32,000 bases of DNA from Candidatus Hermodarchaeota archaeon (lineage in GTDB: Archaea > Asgardarchaeota > Heimdallarchaeia > Hodarchaeales > Hodarchaeaceae). Below are positions 9,601 to 15,788 of the stretch, in pieces. The stretch covers positions 1 through 32,000 of the forward strand of contig JBHLKY010000013.1 in assembly GCA_048886185.1 (NCBI GenBank), in the 5' to 3' direction. The notes beneath the pieces are model-generated. The model was not told the DNA's origin, made no database searches, and saw only the letters and a program-made list of their open reading frames with translations. The translations under genes were made by a program, and so were the position numbers. Positions within the stretch are counted from its first letter, which is position 1, and every line of letters starts with the position of its first letter.

Positions 9601-11382
9601 TTTGGTAATGGAACAATCATAATAATAGTTGATGTTACTGATAATAGTGAGGACTGGTTTGGAAGTGGAATTAGGAGTGTTGCACTAATTGATAAACGAG
9701 AGGATATAAATCAACGGTTTTCCGATTCTGGAGGAATTAAATATTACCAATTCATTTCTGGGGTTTATAGATATGTTTTTATTTATAGATATAACCAAGA
9801 GACTGCACAGGGGCTTTTTAAGTTCGAATTCAATGAAACCTTGGAGTTTCAATTAAGCGTAACTGACAATGGGACAGTGGAAACCTTCCCGCAATGGTTG
9901 GGATCAAAGCGTGACCCACATACAGTTACAACTAAAACTTTCTCTATCCATGTTGATTATGATCCTGATAAACCATTATTTATCAGGAAAGATGGATATT
10001 TCATCACAATTTCTTACAAAACGATATCAACTGTTGAGCTATCAAACGACATAAAAAATATCACAGATGGCTCTATAATTGTTATTGTGGCCGCTTTTGA
10101 CTCTTGGGCTGGATTAGATGACTACTCGATCCAGTTAATTGTCACTGATATTTCAAATAGGACTATTCTTTATGTAGTAACCATGGATCGCATTAATAAT
10201 CCTGAAGATAGCCACTCGGAATTCCAGTTTGAATGGGAAGGAATTTTGAGTGTTAGTAGGGCTTATTCATTTAAAGTTACTGTGATAGATAACGCTGGTA
10301 ATACTAACTCTTGGACCAGGATTACCGAAATTGAAGATCATGTGGCTCCTCGGGTCAAATATGTGAGTTTTACACCCACATCTGATCGAAAATTGAATAT
10401 TATGGTTACAATCGAAGAGAAAGGGTTAGGAATTAATTACATTGAGGGTGGAATAAAGTATGGGGAAAAGATCTTGAAGTGGGTTAATTTAACGTATCAA
10501 GGGGGAGGAAGGGGAGGACAACAGGCATCTGGATCAGAATTACGAAATTATTCAGCGTTAGTAACACTTGATTTTGATTTGTATGAAATCTTCTTTATCA
10601 AAAACTATTTCCTTGTACTTAATGTATCTGATAATGCAGGAAATTTGAAGCATTATAGTTCAGATGAACTGATAAATATTTGGGATCTTACAATTGACGT
10701 TGCTTTAGACCCGCTTATGCTTCACCCTTTCTTCTTAATATCAGCAGGACTTTGCCTTCTAATTGGAATTATAATAGGAGTTAGAATCACATCAAAGACT
10801 GTAGGATACGATATACAACATATCCTAGTTGAAAGTGATAGAGTTTCTCGCGAAATTGTACTCACAATGATGGATGAGTATGCATTAGGTATCACGGTCA
10901 ATTTCTTTGACCAAGTTCAAGGTCCCGTTCCTGTTATTTGGGAACCCCCTCTTCTTGAAGACCAACAACAAATTATGCTTGATTTATCTGATAAATCCTT
11001 TTCCACATTAGAATTTGTGGGATCAGAAGAAGATGAACGAAGCGGGATCTTTGATTTCTCCACAGGTAGTTATGACTGTATTGCTTTAGGATATTCTTTT
11101 GCTATTGCTAATCCTGCTGCTCGTGGAGGAAAGGAGAATTTATCGATTGTTTTATTATTAAGAAAAGAGTGGGGAGACAATTTATTATTTTTCCAAGATA
11201 TATTACTCGAAAAAATTCGTGAAATTCGAAAGTTAATTGAAGCTCAAGAGGCATCTTCTCTGATTTCGAAAAAAGGAAGGGAATTACGAGAGTTTGTATC
11301 GCGACTTATGATTGCATTCAATAAATTATATTCTGATATAGATCATAAAGTAGAATCAAAGGTGGTTATGAAAAATGCGTAG
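6691..11382 (+). CDS. Giant single-pass surface protein (1563 aa), paralog of protein 1, with cytoplasmic longin/uDENN-like domain
   Basis: N-terminal hydrophobic signal (KLFYIFIILILSGTFFW; true start may be ATG 6712 or 6715); shares DFGNGTI..VTD...GSGI and DxAP modules with protein 1; TM PFFLISAGLCLLIGIIIGV (~10726-10782); FFDQVQGPVP, DKSFS and AARGGKENLSI motifs. Confidence 0.88.
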   Translation: MEEKKELMMNKYPHKLFYIFIILILSGTFFWDILSSYKPREILIVTDDSQNSKTIRLMSSAPLTQNKIHNLTQPEINPPLVNNEDDIIPVQGLNVPNNTTFLHPTFKITSSNDVAIDKINPEAMEINASSMTFLLNFTIVGAIGQGSTAFEKLTLNNTVENYQIATWSDWQFSPFNDHYSLIFTLNNSFFSSLSLGNYDLTLFTNILGHRSNDSIPLPMKDLQITINSISPPQFNNKLDEDQRFNITITIQEYDGVNTQKINKLPPILDKDSRNINPNVTIISATQEESAPLHFVRFISNSTSEGRYTFEVNLTRDDAPYFEDGMHTLAISVTTYEWIRANDTKYNYFQAKGTIYIVRLKEITVGSNNPLDYNELTNNGKDHKEFRVNINESIIVRYEVVDNSTNNPPNPLSLIAGQLIGYQDPNRPDDPFALNTSTIPASGNGTILLTANVLTSSDGYSLLFFVRGHRTSQLTWGFSNITIFWDILYYEYTYYDNLGDVGTGNWENPNYIQRALGIDINAWWAFQLGVYYASDDSPALSSQISYHFSNESWQDLTDGEDNDSLDGTFLINRTESKATVLNLSIQIINGSIIDPQGTLFVNKTLGEANITIPIIWTYLIIEMTPQESDRRLGTNRRTTINLTAYWAHNTILSFNGTLNVMYPPPIGSEMGLIIGLTLIDGQVNWTQGIVQTNTGIYTYKVSGINPKLNIFGVETFKNSTDGLEVQTKIIWEEIYFSFSQDGLSFHDDLEFFANFNENATLYCYGNHTFDGEPFKGEAFLLDFDRADEYPLIFNASGIAIWEGDLTEVRFPVSFSIYEITYSSEIDWEVYKIGRKTYVVISWDKILVTLSADQSYSHGTIARIDIDFEYLVYIDKDVNDTAIEFDLLLSNGSTLHFSGGNNTYFFDYSHKPDVRWYNVSDLYDASTGITGFEARYKWNDILDMTTPQSDKNMTICWIDDKNPSILEYSWYDFGNGTIIIIVDVTDNSEDWFGSGIRSVALIDKREDINQRFSDSGGIKYYQFISGVYRYVFIYRYNQETAQGLFKFEFNETLEFQLSVTDNGTVETFPQWLGSKRDPHTVTTKTFSIHVDYDPDKPLFIRKDGYFITISYKTISTVELSNDIKNITDGSIIVIVAAFDSWAGLDDYSIQLIVTDISNRTILYVVTMDRINNPEDSHSEFQFEWEGILSVSRAYSFKVTVIDNAGNTNSWTRITEIEDHVAPRVKYVSFTPTSDRKLNIMVTIEEKGLGINYIEGGIKYGEKILKWVNLTYQGGGRGGQQASGSELRNYSALVTLDFDLYEIFFIKNYFLVLNVSDNAGNLKHYSSDELINIWDLTIDVALDPLMLHPFFLISAGLCLLIGIIIGVRITSKTVGYDIQHILVESDRVSREIVLTMMDEYALGITVNFFDQVQGPVPVIWEPPLLEDQQQIMLDLSDKSFSTLEFVGSEEDERSGIFDFSTGSYDCIALGYSFAIANPAARGGKENLSIVLLLRKEWGDNLLFFQDILLEKIREIRKLIEAQEASSLISKKGRELREFVSRLMIAFNKLYSDIDHKVESKVVMKNA
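8140..9555 (+). repeat. Four ~111-131 aa ectodomain repeats bounded by a W(D/T/E)xI-type motif (protein 2)
   Basis: Trp codons at 8140 (FWDIL), 8533 (IWTYL), 8878 (IWEEI), 9211 (SWDKI), 9553 (CWIDD); same register as the repeats of protein 1. Confidence 0.6.
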
Positions 11383-14300
11383 ATATTATATATTGATTTT
11401 AATAACAATTTCAATGCTCAATGTGAGTGGCCTATTCTATAATTTTGTGATAAATAAATCATCTGTCTTTCAGGAAGAAAATATACATGGATTAAGGAAT
11501 AGTAGATTATACCTGACCAATAATATACCCTTGGTTCCAACAATTCAATTAGAAAATGGTTTCAATTCTATCAACCCAACCATAATCGATTTGGAACCAC
11601 ATCTAGCTGTTCAACAGATTAATGTTACATCAATATTAGATATCTCTGGTGATAAAAGCCCATATTCTTTAGTTTTTGAGGAAAACATTTGGGATGCCAT
11701 TCTTGGCTCGGATCCCGTTCTTGTTGATAATCCATCATTATATCAAAATGGTTTAATAGTTACTAATAGTACTGTGTTCCCAATCGATGAATCTATTACC
11801 ACCAATGAATTAGCATCTGTGAACAACTCTTTATTTGTTAGGATAGGGAATAATGGGTATGGATCAACCTATAGAGAACCAGAGAATCAGAATGATCCAG
11901 ATGAAGATATTTCAGGAGGGATTTCTGCAGGATGGCAGATTAATTTTTCGGTTGAAGATGATTTTGAGGTCATTCAAGTGAGCTTCAAATGGCGCTTTGA
12001 TGCTCAAGATTGGGCCTTTGATATTTATAATGAATCATTACCATGGTTTATGAATCCTGATACTTCAGACGATTATCAAGAAGTACGATGTCGAATCAAG
12101 CATCCTTACTCCGACCAATCTTCCTTCTGGATGGGAAATTCCAAAAACCAAACAAATCCTAATGGCACAGTTTTTTATCGAGTAGGACCTATTGTTGAGA
12201 AAGATGAAGAGTGGTATTTTTTCAACTACAGTTTTCATCTCCCTCCAACAGAAGATGTCATCCTTGAACTCGGCACTTATTTAAATACACGAGAAAGATA
12301 TGATGAATATTTCGATGTGTGGTTTGATGATATCCTCATACAAGGTGTGAATAACATTACAGATAAGCTTGCACCTCACCCCATTAATTTTGATCTAAGT
12401 AAGACAGAAGATGTGTCTAGATGGGAATTTTGGGTTAATTTATCGGAAGGAACGTGGGAAACACCAATAAAAAATGTAACAGTTGTTTTCTATAACCAAA
12501 GTTTAATTCTTACAAACCGAAGTTTATCTCTAAATAACACCATTTTGAATGAGGCAGGGTATAATCAGACCCATTGGCAATATTCTGAACATTTCACTTT
12601 TGGTGAAAATATTTCCTTTAAATTTTTGATATATGATGAAGCTGAAAACTACAAGGAAACAGAGGAAAAGAAACAGAGGATTGGAGATTTTGACCCTCCC
12701 AAGATCACAACCAGTCCACTGACGATTAATAATCTTAATTTTGTACGTCAACTCGGAAATGGAACTATTTTGATAAGAGTGGGTACAAGTGACTGGGGAA
12801 ATGCAACTGATGATGTAATACTTAATTATACCCTTAATTTTAGAAATGGAACACGTTATAATAATGCGGTTTACATGTCTAAAAATGGATCAGATTATCA
12901 GTATAAACTTTTTGTAAGTTATAGAACACTTCTTGAGTTTAGAATTATACTGACTGACACTGCAAGTAACCTACGAGAATATCCTGAGGATCATAGATGG
13001 TTCAATGTTGTAAGTGAGATTGACAACATACCACCTCTGGTCAATTTTACAATTAATGCAAGTAAATCAGAGGAGGGTCGTACATTCGTTTATGTAGATG
13101 CAGAAGATCCTTTTGGTAACATTGATAATCAGTCAGTATTTTTGGTTATTTTACATGAAGATGGAACACTCGAAAATATATCACTCGTAAAAGGTGTTGC
13201 AGGAACTTATGGGTTGGGAACTAGCCTCAATCTAAAGTACGCTAAAAAATACAACATGACTGTTTTCGCCCGTGATGAAGGAGGTTTAGTCAACAGCTCA
13301 AGTCAATTTTACGTTGTGCCTGATAAAATAGCGCCTAAAATAAGCAGTATTGATCCAGAATACTTGTATCCTGGTAAATTACGTATTTGGGTTCAAGCTA
13401 GTGACCTAGGGAGTGATATAGATTATGTTACTTTTGAGAAAAGAGAGAATAACGAATGGGCTGCCGCCATTAAATTAATTAGAGTAAATAGTAATAACTT
13501 TTATTTGGAGGTAAACACGGGTTGGTTTGGGAATGAAAAGATAATTTATAGGATTAATGCAATTGATAACGAAGGAAATCTGATAGAAAATCTACCAATA
13601 AAAAGTCATACTACACCATTCTTCTTCACTACAGTTCCAGGATTGTTATTATCTGAATTAATTGTTGTTTTAGTAGCTGTGAGTATGTTTGCTTCAATTA
13701 GAATCATTCAATTGCGACAACTACGAGTTCGCCGCCGAAGACGCTTCGATATTGCCTTGGGTCGCAGTGAACGTCTCGCCTACCTTGGTGAGGAGGCTAT
13801 GTTTGGTTTTGTTGCCGCCTATAGTCAAGGTGAAGACGTTTCCAGCATCCTCCTATGGGAACCCCGTTTAATAGGCCATTTCTACCAATACCTAAAAGAA
13901 CTCGTTGACAAAGCAAATACTAACATATCATTCATCATGAAGGCCAAGGCTATGGATCTTGTGACCTTTGTTGACTTTAAGATTGAACAGATTGGTTGTT
14001 CTGCCATTACTTATGCTTATCCTGTGTCCACTCTTCCTCAGCGATGGTTATCATCTGTGACTCTTGATCAAGTTCCCATTGGTGGTGGTCAAGGTGTGTT
14101 ACTCTTAATGTTACTAATGCGAGAAAAATGGGGTGAAATTGCAAACAATTTTCAAGATGAAATTTCTGATGGTATGTTAGAGCTGAAAGATCTCATCTTG
14201 TCGGGAGAAGATAAAGAAAATCTACTTCGCAAATCTCAAGAGTTTAGATTGTTTATTTCAGGGACTTTAGAAGTTCTAGACGAGATTGAAACAGAAACTG

Positions 14301-14398
14301 ATGAAGTTTCAGACGACATTATGGGTGATTTTGAGACTGAATTTCTTGATGAGATTCATGATGATGAGGAATCACGTGATGAAGATCTCTCTGACTAA
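11375..14398 (+). CDS. Single-pass surface protein (1007 aa) with CBM-like N-domain, Ig-like repeats, TM helix, degenerate longin/uDENN-like domain and acidic tail
   Basis: Signal MRRYYILILITISMLNVSGLF; overlaps protein 2 by 8 nt; GNGTI, DNIPP and DKIAP modules; TM VPGLLLSELIVVLVAVSMFASI (~13634-13699); C-domain aligns with proteins 1/2 (LWEP, C.AI.YAY, GGQ..L...LMREKWG). Confidence 0.85.
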   Translation: MRRYYILILITISMLNVSGLFYNFVINKSSVFQEENIHGLRNSRLYLTNNIPLVPTIQLENGFNSINPTIIDLEPHLAVQQINVTSILDISGDKSPYSLVFEENIWDAILGSDPVLVDNPSLYQNGLIVTNSTVFPIDESITTNELASVNNSLFVRIGNNGYGSTYREPENQNDPDEDISGGISAGWQINFSVEDDFEVIQVSFKWRFDAQDWAFDIYNESLPWFMNPDTSDDYQEVRCRIKHPYSDQSSFWMGNSKNQTNPNGTVFYRVGPIVEKDEEWYFFNYSFHLPPTEDVILELGTYLNTRERYDEYFDVWFDDILIQGVNNITDKLAPHPINFDLSKTEDVSRWEFWVNLSEGTWETPIKNVTVVFYNQSLILTNRSLSLNNTILNEAGYNQTHWQYSEHFTFGENISFKFLIYDEAENYKETEEKKQRIGDFDPPKITTSPLTINNLNFVRQLGNGTILIRVGTSDWGNATDDVILNYTLNFRNGTRYNNAVYMSKNGSDYQYKLFVSYRTLLEFRIILTDTASNLREYPEDHRWFNVVSEIDNIPPLVNFTINASKSEEGRTFVYVDAEDPFGNIDNQSVFLVILHEDGTLENISLVKGVAGTYGLGTSLNLKYAKKYNMTVFARDEGGLVNSSSQFYVVPDKIAPKISSIDPEYLYPGKLRIWVQASDLGSDIDYVTFEKRENNEWAAAIKLIRVNSNNFYLEVNTGWFGNEKIIYRINAIDNEGNLIENLPIKSHTTPFFFTTVPGLLLSELIVVLVAVSMFASIRIIQLRQLRVRRRRRFDIALGRSERLAYLGEEAMFGFVAAYSQGEDVSSILLWEPRLIGHFYQYLKELVDKANTNISFIMKAKAMDLVTFVDFKIEQIGCSAITYAYPVSTLPQRWLSSVTLDQVPIGGGQGVLLLMLLMREKWGEIANNFQDEISDGMLELKDLILSGEDKENLLRKSQEFRLFISGTLEVLDEIETETDEVSDDIMGDFETEFLDEIHDDEESRDEDLSD

Positions 14399-14440
14399 TA
14401 ATAATACAAAAGCTTTCAATAAACATTGACGGTGTGAAAA

Positions 14441-14689
14441 TTGACCAACCTTTTGAGAATACGGACCGAACCTTGTTCGATTTGCAAGAAAACATTGCCT
14501 TTGAGCATCTCTGCTGATGAGCTAAAACCCAATATCACTGGATTAGATTTGTTTCTTGATCTCCATGGAGTTGATCACGAAGAACCTCATGCACGTTTGC
14601 TATATATTGATGCTAAAGGTTTTGTCCGAACCATTTCATCGATCACGAAATTTACCTCCCTACTCCGTGATCAAACTCCATCGAAGTAG
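14441..14689 (+). CDS. Small putative Zn-binding protein (CxxC...HG...H...YID...VR)
   Basis: TTG start 42 nt after protein 3 stop; CSIC plus DLHGVDHEEPHARLLYIDAKGFVR; ordered beta-rich pattern typical of a real gene. Confidence 0.7.
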   Translation: MTNLLRIRTEPCSICKKTLPLSISADELKPNITGLDLFLDLHGVDHEEPHARLLYIDAKGFVRTISSITKFTSLLRDQTPSK

Positions 14690-14698
14690 CGTATTGGA

Positions 14699-15103
14699 CT
14701 AGATGATATCCATATGAATTCGTTGAACAGTACCACGAGTCCCTTTCCGTGAGCAAGTCACGCTAAACAAGGGGATATTAAAGTCAACTGCTAAAAGAGT
14801 AGCATCATCCAGACTCTCTCCAACTAATATATCCAGAATAGCTCCGTCCTCGTGGCGGAAAATTCGGATATAAGCATCCTCTGTTTTTTTGGTTCCTGTT
14901 TCATCCCATCCTTTCTCCACAAGGACAATTGTCGGCCATAACTCACCTTTTTTGAACCAAGCATTACGCTCTGGAAGAGGGGCTTGTATCTTCTTTTTTG
15001 AAAGGGCGGGGAATGAAAACTTCTTATTGTCCTTAAGCTTGTTTCTTGTCATGCGAATGTCTGGATTTTGGCGGGCGATCCAACTATAAGTTCTATATTG
15101 CAA
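14699..15103 (-). CDS. Hypothetical protein (134 aa)
   Basis: ORF fills the gap convergent to the 82-aa gene (9-nt gap); TTG start uncertain (internal Met alternative); no recognised motif. Confidence 0.5.
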   Translation of the reverse strand: MQYRTYSWIARQNPDIRMTRNKLKDNKKFSFPALSKKKIQAPLPERNAWFKKGELWPTIVLVEKGWDETGTKKTEDAYIRIFRHEDGAILDILVGESLDDATLLAVDFNIPLFSVTCSRKGTRGTVQRIHMDII

Positions 15104-15279
15104 TTTGTTTCATACCAAAGTTCAGTTCATGATACCATATTCGCATTTAACTGGATTCCGTGTTAAAAGCGTGCTTCCTTAATCCTAATTATTACAACCT
15201 TCTTCTAAAAAAAGGTTTGGGTTTTTTTAAAGTACACCTTCATAAGAATATTTTCGGGTGGTGCATAATCCATTAAAAT

Positions 15280-15774
15280 TTATGTTTTAGTCTTTTGAAT
15301 GTCGGTTTCTTCTGATGTTGATGATATTTCTAGAGACTTTCTGGAGATATTTCGTCCAATAACTATGAAAAAAAGGACTTCAAGTATGAATAAGAGGCCT
15401 TGGAGAAGTTCACTTTCCGAAAGCATTTCTAACATAAAAGTTAATGTTATTAACAGTCCTAGATAGAAAATGTCAGGGGAGAAGAGTTTTGTTGGTCTTA
15501 AGGCACTATTTTTGTATTGTACACTTCTTAACTCCATCAAGGCTACAAATCCTCCAATGGTTCCTCCAACTATCCCTCCTATATACAACAATGGAGGCCA
15601 AATAATTGGAACATTTGCCCACTGCTCTTGAGATATTAAATCAATTACTTCCGTTGCGAAGATGACAAGAACAGCACTAGTAAAAGGTGCTAATACGATA
15701 GCAAGAGTGATTTGCCAGGGGGAAATATCTTCTGAGTCTGATGAAGAGTTGTTTTGTCCGTCGGCTGTTTTCAT
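15280..15774 (-). CDS. Hypothetical membrane protein, ~4 TM helices
   Basis: Four hydrophobic segments including a GGIVGGTIGG glycine pattern; starts 14 nt after the lysS stop, so likely co-transcribed. Confidence 0.7.
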   Translation of the reverse strand: MKTADGQNNSSSDSEDISPWQITLAIVLAPFTSAVLVIFATEVIDLISQEQWANVPIIWPPLLYIGGIVGGTIGGFVALMELRSVQYKNSALRPTKLFSPDIFYLGLLITLTFMLEMLSESELLQGLLFILEVLFFIVIGRNISRKSLEISSTSEETDIQKTKT

Positions 15775-15788
15775 AAGAATAATTCCTC

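Noticed and set aside
11375-11395. MRRYY as a twin-arginine (Tat) signal
   Set aside because: Poor match to S/T-R-R-x-F-L-K; more simply a basic Sec n-region.
15205-15232. A7...T7 hairpin-like sequence as a bacterial-type terminator
   Set aside because: No GC-paired stem; at most an oligo-T tract.
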